From positions 1,126 to 65,125 of the forward strand of contig JAIFWI010000003.1 in assembly GCA_019661945.1 (NCBI GenBank): a DNA stretch of 64,000 nucleotides, written 5' to 3'. A program made the translations under genes and the position numbers. The notes beneath the pieces were generated by a model. It searched no databases and was not told where the DNA came from. It saw only the letters and a list, made by a program, of their open reading frames with translations. The first letter of the stretch is position 1. Every line of letters starts with the position of its first letter. Shown here piece by piece: positions 7,898 through 16,912 of this stretch. Origin of the DNA: Candidatus Parcubacteria bacterium. GTDB lineage: Bacteria > Patescibacteriota > Minisyncoccia > Phycocordibacterales > JAKAEA01.

Positions 7898-9103
7898 ATG
7901 AGCGAAGAAATACCTCAGTCACAACCATCGGAGCAGGCAATAGAAACTGGCGAGTCAAAGATCGAAAGAATGCGTCGAATGAGAGATGAAATTCTCGAAA
8001 AAGTTCGGACTACAGTTAGGGAGCGTTTCGAAAAGGAGCATTTTCATAACCCCGAGCATCCAATGAATGTCGATATAGCTTCAAGTGAAGTGTTTGCTGT
8101 ATTTAAAAAACACGATGGTCATAGAGTGACTGAGGAGGCAGATATTATCAGAAAAATTATTACCGAGAGTCATGATTTGGTGGTGCGCTATGTCCTCGAT
8201 GTTAAGACAGGAACTCGAATTCGCCAGCGAGGTACTCGATTTGGTGAGATACCGGCTAAAGCTAAAACTCTTGATCAAACGGATGACCAGGGAAATGAAC
8301 AGGCAAGTATCAAGGAGCTCATTGAGATCATTAAGGAAGTTGATCCAACAGGCGAAATATTTACTCCGGAAATATATCAAATCATTACTGAAGGTATTAA
8401 TGCGACATATCCTGAAGGCAGAAAAGATGGTAAGTTAGACGAGCTTAGTGAAGAAGAACTTAAAAAGATTACTGATCCAGAGACAGGACAACCGTTGGAC
8501 TTCAGTAAATTCAGAGATGCAGAAGGTAAGTTTTTGAATTATAACCTCGAACAGCCGTATCTAAAAGGTGCACAGTATCTTTCAACTGTTGCAACGGCGA
8601 TTGGAGATTTAAGTTATGTTGGCCGAGTATCTTTTGAAAAGTTTAAAAAGTTTGGTGATGCTGAATATCGTGAAACTCGAGAAAAGACAACATATGAACT
8701 TACGGAAAAAGATAAAGATTTACCTATAGAGAAAAGAATACAAGCGCTCAGTCCTGAACGAAAAGCGGAAATTGCAAAAGATATGATCTATGAATGGGTT
8801 AAGTTACAGCCTGGATTTGCTATCAGCCAAAAGATTCGCTTTAAAGACATTGTTGTTAATGAAAATGACCATACTGTTATTGATGATGTGGTGGAAGATG
8901 CAGAAAAAAGCAAGAAAATTAAAGATGAATTAGATAGCATTTATAATGAATTTGATCCAAATATTATCGGGGCGACTAAGCGTTTTGAAAGGCTTGAGGC
9001 AGCTTACTCCTCGCTCATTCAAGTTGAAAGTTTTGTAAAAAATCCTGACGAAAGTAATAAGCTCTTTATCGATCTTGCCCGCGATATGGGGTATAGTTTT
9101 TAG
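7898..9103 (+). CDS. hypothetical acidic protein (401 aa)
   Basis: Long ORF starting 4 nt after the previous stop, suggesting an operon. No domain was recognised. Confidence 0.65.
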   Translation: MSEEIPQSQPSEQAIETGESKIERMRRMRDEILEKVRTTVRERFEKEHFHNPEHPMNVDIASSEVFAVFKKHDGHRVTEEADIIRKIITESHDLVVRYVLDVKTGTRIRQRGTRFGEIPAKAKTLDQTDDQGNEQASIKELIEIIKEVDPTGEIFTPEIYQIITEGINATYPEGRKDGKLDELSEEELKKITDPETGQPLDFSKFRDAEGKFLNYNLEQPYLKGAQYLSTVATAIGDLSYVGRVSFEKFKKFGDAEYRETREKTTYELTEKDKDLPIEKRIQALSPERKAEIAKDMIYEWVKLQPGFAISQKIRFKDIVVNENDHTVIDDVVEDAEKSKKIKDELDSIYNEFDPNIIGATKRFERLEAAYSSLIQVESFVKNPDESNKLFIDLARDMGYSF

Positions 9104-9174
9104 CTCAGCATATTGACTTTTTAATAAAAAGATGTTAGTATAGAAAAAGTTTAACAAAGAAGGGAGGCCAGACA

Positions 9175-9678
9175 ATGGCCCAAGAAACGACGACCCCACC
9201 GGTACCGGTGGCAGCAGCGCCAAAGCAGGGAGCCGCGGTGCTCCTGCGCTACGGCAACGACATGCTCCTGATGCTCCGGGACGATAAGCCCGGGCTTCCG
9301 AGCGCTCTTCAGTGGTCGGTCTTCGCCGGCGGCATCGAAGAGGGCGAGACGGCCGAGATAACCATCGGTCGCGAGCTCCGCGAAGAGCTCGGCGGTCAGG
9401 TCCAGGTTGAGAGGCTCGGCAAGACGCCGGCCAATACCTGGTTCACTGCTTCGATCACTGGCCAGCATGCGGCTAACCTCAAGCGAGGAGAGGGCTGTGG
9501 TCACGGCTTCTTCTCATTCGATGCCCTTGTCTGGATGAGCAAGATCGACGGTAAATTGGGACTCGGCGGCGCGATCAAGAAGTTCATGGAGCGCGCGCCT
9601 GAGGAAATCCGGATATTCCTCCAAAGTGGCCGGAATCCCAACCTCTCGGTACTCACCGGCATCATCGTCGAGCCGTAG
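9175..9678 (+). CDS. NUDIX hydrolase (GC-rich, ~63% GC)
   Basis: The Nudix box GGIEEGETAEITIGRELREELG matches GX5EX7REUXEEXGU. A Shine-Dalgarno site GGGAGG lies 6 nt upstream. Composition is strongly atypical for this genome. Confidence 0.8.
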   Translation: MAQETTTPPVPVAAAPKQGAAVLLRYGNDMLLMLRDDKPGLPSALQWSVFAGGIEEGETAEITIGRELREELGGQVQVERLGKTPANTWFTASITGQHAANLKRGEGCGHGFFSFDALVWMSKIDGKLGLGGAIKKFMERAPEEIRIFLQSGRNPNLSVLTGIIVEP

Positions 9679-9715
9679 CGCCTGAAGTACCTTCCGTTCC
9701 TGCGACACATGTCGC

Positions 9716-9741
9716 GCAGCGTCCCACACCCGGGACGCTGC
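9716..9741 (+). terminator. intrinsic terminator (GCAGCGTCCC-ACACCC-GGGACGCTGC, then TTTACTTTACT)
   Basis: Perfect 10-bp GC-rich stem downstream of the NUDIX gene. Confidence 0.6.
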
Positions 9742-9745
9742 TTTA

Positions 9746-9778
9746 CTTTACTCTTATACAAAATGGCCTATAGTAAAG
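9746..9778 (+). promoter_or_regulatory. promoter-like element, copy 2 of the 33-nt direct repeat (TTTACT-17-TATAGT); near-leaderless start of pgeF-like gene
   Basis: CTTTACTCTTATACAAAATGGCCTATAGTAAAG. The ATG at 9783 lies 9 nt after the -10 box and has no Shine-Dalgarno site. Confidence 0.5.
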
Positions 9779-9782
9779 CCAT

Positions 9783-10577
9783 ATGCTTTTTAAGCCGTAT
9801 AAACACTTTTTACTTACCGACAGACTTCAGGTCTATATTTACGGTAAGCCCCATAATTGGAGTATGCATAATCAGAAATCATGGAAAAATGTAGCAATGC
9901 TTGCTGATACATTAAACGTGACAAAGATATATTCGCCATTTCCCGAAGAATTCAATACCCGAATTTGTCAGCAAGAAGATTTCATTGAATATGATCCCGG
10001 TATTTCAAAAACAGTTAAAATATTTCGAACACCAAAAGGTAATCCAGCAGAAGGTGCCCTTATTCCTCAAGGAGCTGCCTTTTGGACAACATCAGCTGAT
10101 TGTCCCATGATTTTAATATACGATGACAAGCAAGCGGTTGCCACACATAGCGGGCGTGATTCACTCGTTACCTATGATCCATATCAGAGTAAGATTCGAC
10201 CAAATGAAAGTGTGATTGACGGGATGATTAAGTTATTTCCGGAGTCAAAACATTCTCAACTCAAAGTATTTTTTGTTAATCGAATTGCACCAGAACATTT
10301 TGCAAATCCAATTAATGATCCCAAAAATGGAGAGCGCAATAAAAAAATTATTAATGCTGTAATTAAAAAATGGGGCAAAGAATGTATAGTCGGTAATCTA
10401 AATGAAGGACATATTTCATTAGCAACACTCATTCTTAAGCAATGCGAATTCTATGGTATCCTAAGCAAGAATATCATAGATGGTGGACTCGATACGTTTT
10501 CCGACTCACATCTTTGGAGTCACCGTCAAGGCAATATGGAGCGTAATAGAATTCTTGTAATACATCACGTAAAGTAA
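9783..10577 (+). CDS. pgeF: YfiH/PgeF-family (DUF152, laccase-domain) protein, peptidoglycan editing factor-like
   Basis: Motifs SADCPMIL, ATHSGRDSL and SHRQG...NRIL resemble the ADC..., HAGWRG and SYRR boxes. It lies immediately upstream of murD-murC. Confidence 0.55.
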   Translation: MLFKPYKHFLLTDRLQVYIYGKPHNWSMHNQKSWKNVAMLADTLNVTKIYSPFPEEFNTRICQQEDFIEYDPGISKTVKIFRTPKGNPAEGALIPQGAAFWTTSADCPMILIYDDKQAVATHSGRDSLVTYDPYQSKIRPNESVIDGMIKLFPESKHSQLKVFFVNRIAPEHFANPINDPKNGERNKKIINAVIKKWGKECIVGNLNEGHISLATLILKQCEFYGILSKNIIDGGLDTFSDSHLWSHRQGNMERNRILVIHHVK

Positions 10578-10585
10578 TACAAATC

Positions 10586-11923
10586 ATGTATACATTAGGA
10601 TATTTTAAGGGTAAAAAGATTACGGTCATGGGACTTGGCCTCCTTGGACGTGGGGTGGGGGATATTAAGTTTCTGGCTGAAGAGGGTGCAGAGCTTATTG
10701 TCACTGATTTAAAGTCTCAAAAAGAATTACAGGCCAGTGTAGATGCCCTTAAAGATTTCCCTAAGATTACGTATGTTCTTGGCGAACATCGGCTGGAAGA
10801 TTTTAGAAATAGGGATTTTATTCTAAAAGCTGCAGGTGTGGCACTGGATTCACCTTTTATTGAAGAAGCGCAAAAAAATAATGTGCCAATTGAAATGAGT
10901 ACATCTCTTTTTGCGAAATTGAGTCCTGCTACAATTGTTGGTATTACCGGAACGCGGGGAAAATCTACAGTGACGCATTTGTTGTATGAAATCCTTCGAC
11001 AGGCTCAGGACAAAAACACCCAGGTGTTTTTGGGTGGAAATATTAGAGGAGTTTCTACCCTACAATTTTTACCCCAAGCAAAAAAAGGAGACATTGCTGT
11101 CCTTGAGTTAGATTCATGGCAATTGCAGGGTTTCGGAGAATCAAAACTTAGTCCGCATATTTCGATTTTTACCACGTTTCTGCCGGATCATCTCAACTAT
11201 TACCGGGGCGATATACATAAGTATTTTCAAGATAAGGCTCATATTTTTGCGTTTCATACCGAAAATGATTATTTGATATTAGGTAAGGACGTAGAAGAGA
11301 CTGTAAAACAACAGTATAAAGAGGAAATAAAAAGCAAGATAATAATTGCTGATCCAGAAAAAGTTCAAGGCTGGAATATTGCCATGCCCGGAGAACATAA
11401 TGCCTATAATGTTTCGGTAGTTCTTGAGGCGGCCAAAGTTTTGGGTGTCCCGGAAGATGTGGTTAAGAAAGTAGCGGCAGAATTTAAAGGCGTGCCCGGC
11501 CGTCTTGAACTCATTCGAGAATTTAATGGTATTAAAATATACAACGACACTACAGCGACGACACCTGACGCTACTCTGGCGGGACTCAAGGCTCTTGGAA
11601 GCCTGGCTTCCAAACACACTATTCTTATTATCGGTGGCGCTGATAAAAATTTAGATATGTCAAAACTTGTTACGGCCATTCCTGAGTATTGTAAAACAGT
11701 AATTTTGTTATCAGGCACGGGAACAGAAAGAATAAAAAATACAATTGCCGGAGTGACAAAAGTTGAAACTAAAAATCTAGCTGAGGCAGTAGCCAAAGCC
11801 CTTGAACACGCTTCATCAGGCGATGCTATCCTCATGAGCCCTGCCTTTGCCTCCTTTGGCATGTTTATAAATGAATTTGATCGGGGAGAGCAGTTTAACG
11901 AAATTGTGAAAAATCTAGAATAA
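10586..11923 (+). CDS. murD: UDP-N-acetylmuramoyl-L-alanine--D-glutamate ligase
   Basis: N-terminus GKKITVMGLGLLGRG, the Mur ligase P-loop GITGTRGKST, and overall MurD architecture over 445 aa. Confidence 0.9.
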   Translation: MYTLGYFKGKKITVMGLGLLGRGVGDIKFLAEEGAELIVTDLKSQKELQASVDALKDFPKITYVLGEHRLEDFRNRDFILKAAGVALDSPFIEEAQKNNVPIEMSTSLFAKLSPATIVGITGTRGKSTVTHLLYEILRQAQDKNTQVFLGGNIRGVSTLQFLPQAKKGDIAVLELDSWQLQGFGESKLSPHISIFTTFLPDHLNYYRGDIHKYFQDKAHIFAFHTENDYLILGKDVEETVKQQYKEEIKSKIIIADPEKVQGWNIAMPGEHNAYNVSVVLEAAKVLGVPEDVVKKVAAEFKGVPGRLELIREFNGIKIYNDTTATTPDATLAGLKALGSLASKHTILIIGGADKNLDMSKLVTAIPEYCKTVILLSGTGTERIKNTIAGVTKVETKNLAEAVAKALEHASSGDAILMSPAFASFGMFINEFDRGEQFNEIVKNLE

Positions 11924-11940
11924 CCATATACTAAAGGCAT

Positions 11941-12129
11941 ATGGCCTTAGATTATACTTTTATGGATGCTCCACAGTGGGAGCCGAGTATTAAGAAAATT
12001 CTTTGGGCAGTTCTTATTCTTTTGGTTATGACCTCGAGCGTTATTGTCGCTCTATTTGCGATCAAAGTGCCTCAATATCAGGCCCAAGTTGATCAAACAG
12101 CGTATGAATATAGATCTTCAAAAAATTAA
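11941..12129 (+). CDS. small single-pass membrane protein (62 aa)
   Basis: A promoter-like TTGTGA-17-TATACT lies just upstream. The protein has one TM helix. It overlaps the murC start by 26 nt. Confidence 0.4.
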   Translation: MALDYTFMDAPQWEPSIKKILWAVLILLVMTSSVIVALFAIKVPQYQAQVDQTAYEYRSSKN

Positions 12130-13402
12130 AAAAGTTCATTTTATTGGTATTGGTGGAGTTGGCATTTCTGCTCTCGCCCGATTAATGCTCCACCAAGGAA
12201 AAAATATTTCGGGTACAAATGACAGTACCAGTCCTGAAACACTTGATGGTCTAAGAAAAAAAGGAGTTTTAATTTCTCTGGATCAAGAACCGAAAAAATT
12301 ACCCAAGGCAGATATGTATGTATATAGTGATGCCTGGCTGACCAATAATCCTGGAATTTTAGAAGCAGCCAAAGTAACCGGTATGCCGGTCATTTCATAT
12401 GCTGAAGCTCTTGGTCTTGTAGCCAATGATTACTACGTCATTGCAGTATCGGGTGCGCATGGTAAAACAACCACAACAGCCATGCTGGCCAAAGTACTCA
12501 TTGACGCTGGCTTTGATCCAACCGTGATTGTCGGCAGTATGCTGAAAGATGTGAAGTCTAACTTTATCGGAGGTAAAAGCAACTATTTTATAGTTGAAGC
12601 TGATGAGTATCGTCGGCATTTTATGTATCTCAAACCATCTATTCTTATCATTACCAATATCGATGATGATCACCTCGATTATTATAAAGATATTAACGAC
12701 ATAAAATCGGCGTTCATAGAATTAGTAGAAAAGATTAGTCCAGATGGATATGTAGTATGTGATTTGGAGCAGCCGCATATTGCTGACATTGTCGCAAAAG
12801 CCAAATGTAAAATAGTTGATTATGAATTATTTGGTGATCAGAATTTAACATTAAAAGTTCCAGGCGAACATAATTTAAATAATGCCGCGGCAAGTTTAGC
12901 TGTGGCTGATATTTTGGAGATTAATCGAAAAAAAGCTGAAAAGTCGCTTCAAGATTTCGGCGGCACTTGGCGGCGTTTCGAATATAAGGGTAAAACAACA
13001 TGGGGTGCGGAGGTTTACGACGACTATGGTCATCATCCAACAGAGGTAAAAGCAACACTCAAGGGTACACGCGAGGTATTTCCCCATAAAAAGATTACTG
13101 TTATTTTTCAGCCGCATCTTTATAGTCGGACTAAACAACATCTACGTGAATTCGGTAAAGCTTTTGGTGATGTGGATAGTGTTGTACTTACCCCAATTTT
13201 TGCTGCCCGAGAGTCGCATGATTCATCTATTTCTTCAGATATGCTCGCCAAAGAAATAAACGAAAATCATGTTTCAGCCGTGTCCTTTCCTAGCATTGAA
13301 GCTGTAGAAAACCATATTCGCAGTAATACGAGCAAAGATGAAGTAATTATTACCATGGGCGCGGGGGATGTGTATAAACTAGCCGAGAGACTTGTGATAT
13401 AG
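12104..13402 (+). CDS. murC: UDP-N-acetylmuramate--L-alanine ligase
   Basis: MNIDLQKIKKVHFIGIGGVGISALA matches the MurC N-terminus. The chosen start is the internal ATG at 12104, not the upstream in-frame ATG at 12044. The Mur ligase motif GAHGKTTTT is present. Confidence 0.88.
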   Translation: MNIDLQKIKKVHFIGIGGVGISALARLMLHQGKNISGTNDSTSPETLDGLRKKGVLISLDQEPKKLPKADMYVYSDAWLTNNPGILEAAKVTGMPVISYAEALGLVANDYYVIAVSGAHGKTTTTAMLAKVLIDAGFDPTVIVGSMLKDVKSNFIGGKSNYFIVEADEYRRHFMYLKPSILIITNIDDDHLDYYKDINDIKSAFIELVEKISPDGYVVCDLEQPHIADIVAKAKCKIVDYELFGDQNLTLKVPGEHNLNNAAASLAVADILEINRKKAEKSLQDFGGTWRRFEYKGKTTWGAEVYDDYGHHPTEVKATLKGTREVFPHKKITVIFQPHLYSRTKQHLREFGKAFGDVDSVVLTPIFAARESHDSSISSDMLAKEINENHVSAVSFPSIEAVENHIRSNTSKDEVIITMGAGDVYKLAERLVI

Positions 13403-13409
13403 TAGAGAC

Positions 13410-13613
13410 ATGTCTTTTAACAAAATCCATTTTATTCTTGGATTCTTACTGATTATCCTGCCGTTTATCGGTATTCCTTCAATAGGAGAGACATCATTTC
13501 TTATCGTTATTGGGGCAGTACTTGTCATTTTAGCAATACTAGAGCGTATAATGCCCAGGCATCGTATATCAGAACCACGCGACGAAGCGCGGGGGTATGT
13601 AGAAAATAAGTAG
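13410..13613 (+). CDS. small hydrophobic membrane protein (67 aa)
   Basis: Two predicted TM segments, tightly packed between murC and the next gene. Confidence 0.4.
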   Translation: MSFNKIHFILGFLLIILPFIGIPSIGETSFLIVIGAVLVILAILERIMPRHRISEPRDEARGYVENK

Positions 13614-13614
13614 T

Positions 13615-14847
13615 ATGAAGCTCGAGCAGAAAGCATTAATCGGATTGAGCATTTTATTGGTCGCAACCTGCTTGAGTGTGTATGGTCTTATACCTTTTCT
13701 TGGGCATGATACCTATGTTCCTGATATTCAGGCTAAAGAGCAAAATATTCTTGCTTCGGTTTCAACGAGCACGCCTATTCCTCAGGTGCGGCATATGCCT
13801 GTACCTGCCCAAGTTAAATCACTCTATATGACAAGCTGTGTTGCTGGCACAAAGCAATTTAGAGCAGATCTTGTCGCTATCCTTGATACAACCGAACTTA
13901 ATTCGATCGTTATTGATATAAAAGATTTTACCGGCTTTTTATCATTCCGGCCCGAGGATCCAGCTCTTAAGGGTTTTTTGTCATCGCGCTGTTATGCTCC
14001 AGACATGAAAGAGTTTATTGCCTTGCTTCACGAGAAGGGTGTCTATGTTATCGGAAGAATTACGGTGTTTCAAGATCCGGCTTTCGTAAAACAATATCCT
14101 GAATTTGCTGTCCGACGAGCAAGTGACGGTGGTATCTGGGCTGATCGAAAAGGTATTAACTATCTCGATCCCGGAGCTAAAGGTGTCTGGGACCATATCG
14201 TCGCTATTTCAAAAGAATCCTATGCTATTGGTTTTGATGAATTAAATTTTGATTACATTCGTTTTCCTTCCGACGGTAATATGAGCGATATTGCTTTTCC
14301 TCATAGCCTTGGCCGTTCAAAGCAGGAGGTTTTAGAAGGTTTTTTCTCGTATTTAAATAGCCAGCTGAAACCTATTGGAGTAATGATGTCAGCTGATCTT
14401 TTTGGAATGACGGCTACAAATTATGATGATTTAAATATTGGCCAAGTCCTTGAACGCGCTTTACCGTATTTTGATTTCGTAGCGCCGATGGTTTACCCTT
14501 CACATTATCCGCCAAATTTTAATGGCTGGCCAAATCCAAATCTCGTACCATATGAGATTATAAAATATTCAATGGATAGAGCTGTAGCTCGAACAATTGC
14601 TACCACTACTCGTATTAAAACTTTTGGTTCCACACCAATTGCTTCTACATCACCACAACTCTATTCGAAGCCTGCTTTCAGTCAGTATAAATTGCGCACT
14701 TGGATTCAGGATTTTGACTATGGTGGCAATTATGACATACCTGAGGTTAAAGCTCAGATCCAGGCGACTTACGACGCAGGACTTAACTCTTGGATGCTGT
14801 GGGCACCTTCAAATCGCTATACACTCGGTGCACTTAACAAAGAATAG
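13615..14847 (+). CDS. putative glycoside-hydrolase-like TIM-barrel protein (GHL/DUF4015-type) with N-terminal signal/TM
   Basis: 410 aa with an N-terminal hydrophobic segment. The motif GFDELNFDYIRFP is typical of putative glycosyl-hydrolase-like families. Assignment is tentative. Confidence 0.5.
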   Translation: MKLEQKALIGLSILLVATCLSVYGLIPFLGHDTYVPDIQAKEQNILASVSTSTPIPQVRHMPVPAQVKSLYMTSCVAGTKQFRADLVAILDTTELNSIVIDIKDFTGFLSFRPEDPALKGFLSSRCYAPDMKEFIALLHEKGVYVIGRITVFQDPAFVKQYPEFAVRRASDGGIWADRKGINYLDPGAKGVWDHIVAISKESYAIGFDELNFDYIRFPSDGNMSDIAFPHSLGRSKQEVLEGFFSYLNSQLKPIGVMMSADLFGMTATNYDDLNIGQVLERALPYFDFVAPMVYPSHYPPNFNGWPNPNLVPYEIIKYSMDRAVARTIATTTRIKTFGSTPIASTSPQLYSKPAFSQYKLRTWIQDFDYGGNYDIPEVKAQIQATYDAGLNSWMLWAPSNRYTLGALNKE

Positions 14848-14903
14848 CTCATCGGTTACAATATAATCTGATCCTGTTCCGCGGGTTCAACCACGGAGGA
14901 GTC

Positions 14904-15116
14904 ATGGTCAACATGAATGCTATAGTGGACTTTGGTGAATCTTTGCCAGAGGAATTCCGACGAAAGGTTTTTTCTGGCCGAACTACAGACGAAATCAAGG
15001 AAAATGTAGTGAAGCATGTCGATAACCTGAAGCAGAAGGGAATCGATCTCAAGTTGCCTTACGATGATCAGGTAACCTATATTGCACACAGTCCTGCAAA
15101 AGTTAGCGCCGTCTGA
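14904..15116 (+). CDS. hypothetical 70-aa protein, moderately GC-enriched
   Basis: A strong Shine-Dalgarno site GGAGGAG lies 5 nt upstream. An intrinsic terminator overlaps the stop codon. Confidence 0.5.
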   Translation: MVNMNAIVDFGESLPEEFRRKVFSGRTTDEIKENVVKHVDNLKQKGIDLKLPYDDQVTYIAHSPAKVSAV

Positions 15117-15145
15117 ATGATAAAGACGGGCTTTTTTCTTTGATT
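15108..15145 (+). terminator. intrinsic terminator (CCGTCT-loop-AGACGG, then TTTTTTCTTTGATTTTTTT)
   Basis: Hairpin followed by a long T-tract. Confidence 0.6.
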
Positions 15146-15166
15146 TTTTTGAGAAAATGCTATAAT
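15139..15166 (+). promoter_or_regulatory. sigma70-like promoter (TTTGAT-16-TGcTATAAT) upstream of the glycan locus
   Basis: The -10 element TATAAT has an extended TG. The next ATG is at 15188 with no Shine-Dalgarno site. Confidence 0.45.
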
Positions 15167-15187
15167 TACCTGTGAATTCACTCCTCT

Positions 15188-16912
15188 ATGGCAGCACAAA
15201 ACGATCCAATTACATATTTTGCTGAAACTGACTCACGAAATAAACGGGTGCCTTTTGGTATTAAAGCCAGCGACCGAACTCGACATGTGTATGTTATTGG
15301 AAAAACAGGTATGGGAAAATCGACCTTGCTCGAAAATATGGCTGTTCAGGATATTAAAAATGGCGAGGGTCTAGCCTTTATTGATCCTCACGGCAAGACT
15401 GCGGATCTTTTGCTCGAGTATGTACCGCAGGAGCGTATTAAAGATGTCATTTATTTTGCGCCGTTTGATCTTGAGCATCCTATTTCTTTTAATGTTATGG
15501 AAGATGTTGGGTATGAACGCCGACACTTGGTAGCATCGGGTCTCATGAGCGCCTTCAAAAAGATTTGGGTTGACGCTTGGTCAGCTCGTATGGAATATAT
15601 TTTGAATAATATTCTTTTGGCTTTACTTGAATATCCCGACTCAACCCTTATTGGTGTGAATCGCATGCTCAGTGACAAAGATTACAGAAATAAGGTGGTA
15701 GAAAATATTTCTGATCCCTCGGTTAAAGCTTTTTGGACGGATGAATTTGCAAAATATGGAGATCGCTATATGCAGGAAGCTGGTGCCGCAATTCAGAACA
15801 AAATCGGTCAGTTCGTTTCTAATCCCTTGGTCCGAAATATCATCGGCCAGCCGAAATCTACCTTCGACATTCGAAAAATAATGGATGAGAAAAAGATTCT
15901 CATCATAAACCTTTCAAAAGGCCGGGTAGGTGAAGCTAATGCCAATCTGTTGGGTAGCATGCTTATTACCAAGATTTATCTCGGCGCATTATCACGTGCA
16001 GATGTATCCGAAACAGTCTTGAAAAAACAGCTGCCTAATTTCTATCTGTATGTTGATGAATTCCAATCATTTGCCAATGAATCATTTGCCGATATTCTTT
16101 CTGAAGCTCGAAAATATAAACTAAACTTAACCATTGCCCATCAGTATATTGAACAGATGAGTGAAGAAGTCCGGTTCGCGGTTTTCGGCAACGTCGGCAC
16201 AATGGTTGTCTTTCGAGTCGGTGCCTATGATGCTGAATTTCTGGAGAAAGAATTTTTCCCGACCTTCACTAAAGAAGATTTAGTCAGTCTTGGTTTTGTA
16301 CAGACATACTTGAAGCTGATGATTGATGGTGTGACCTCGCCTCCATTTTCGGCCACAACCTTGCCGCCGATTGAAAAGCCGCTCATCTCATTTAAAGAAG
16401 ATATTATTAAAAACTCCCGAGAGGTATACACTCGTCCGCAGATGGAGGTGCAAGATGAAATTAAAAAATGGCATGAGCCCATTAGAATTGAAGGCCGAGA
16501 TGATAAAAGGAGAATTAGCCAGCCGTCGCCAAGGAATACCGAGCAGAGAAATCCTGAACCGATGCGTCCGATGGTAAGTTCAATGCCGAAGCCTACTGTA
16601 CCTAAGCGTGAAGCCCAGGAAATGGATTTGCGTAAAGCAATTGCTGAAAGTTATAAAAAAAATGTTCCAGAAAGAAAGGATCTGACAACCCAACCTAAAA
16701 AAGATAAGGGACCAACACCGCAAAATATGAGTGCCTTGCGATCTGTTTTGGCGCAGGTGATTAAGGAGGAAAAGCCAAAAGAACCTACTCCCCAAGTCCC
16801 AAAACCTTCAGTACAGCGGGAATCTCGTCCAGAGCCCAAACAAGAAGCCAAAGCAAAACCCAATGAAGTACCGGAGGAAGTGTTGAGGAAGATATTGGAA
16901 ATTGAACAATGA
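15188..16912 (+). CDS. TraG/TraD/VirD4-family (type IV coupling-protein-like) P-loop ATPase, cytoplasmic, with Pro/Lys-rich C-terminal tail
   Basis: Walker A VIGKTGMGKST, FIDPHGK, a YLYVDEFQSF Walker B-like motif, and an R..Y.....AHQ...Q TraG-D_C-like motif. There is no TM segment. The last ~150 aa are low complexity. Confidence 0.5.
   Translation: MAAQNDPITYFAETDSRNKRVPFGIKASDRTRHVYVIGKTGMGKSTLLENMAVQDIKNGEGLAFIDPHGKTADLLLEYVPQERIKDVIYFAPFDLEHPISFNVMEDVGYERRHLVASGLMSAFKKIWVDAWSARMEYILNNILLALLEYPDSTLIGVNRMLSDKDYRNKVVENISDPSVKAFWTDEFAKYGDRYMQEAGAAIQNKIGQFVSNPLVRNIIGQPKSTFDIRKIMDEKKILIINLSKGRVGEANANLLGSMLITKIYLGALSRADVSETVLKKQLPNFYLYVDEFQSFANESFADILSEARKYKLNLTIAHQYIEQMSEEVRFAVFGNVGTMVVFRVGAYDAEFLEKEFFPTFTKEDLVSLGFVQTYLKLMIDGVTSPPFSATTLPPIEKPLISFKEDIIKNSREVYTRPQMEVQDEIKKWHEPIRIEGRDDKRRISQPSPRNTEQRNPEPMRPMVSSMPKPTVPKREAQEMDLRKAIAESYKKNVPERKDLTTQPKKDKGPTPQNMSALRSVLAQVIKEEKPKEPTPQVPKPSVQRESRPEPKQEAKAKPNEVPEEVLRKILEIEQ

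Noticed and set aside
9151-9761. Minus-strand ORFs overlapping the NUDIX gene (9151-9504, 9501-9761, 9514-9729)
   Set aside because: Antisense open frames are expected in 63% GC DNA. The plus-strand gene has an SD, the Nudix box and a terminator.
12044-12103. Upstream in-frame ATG at 12044 as the murC start
   Set aside because: The conserved MurC N-terminus begins at the internal ATG at 12104. The upstream extension overlaps the small membrane ORF.
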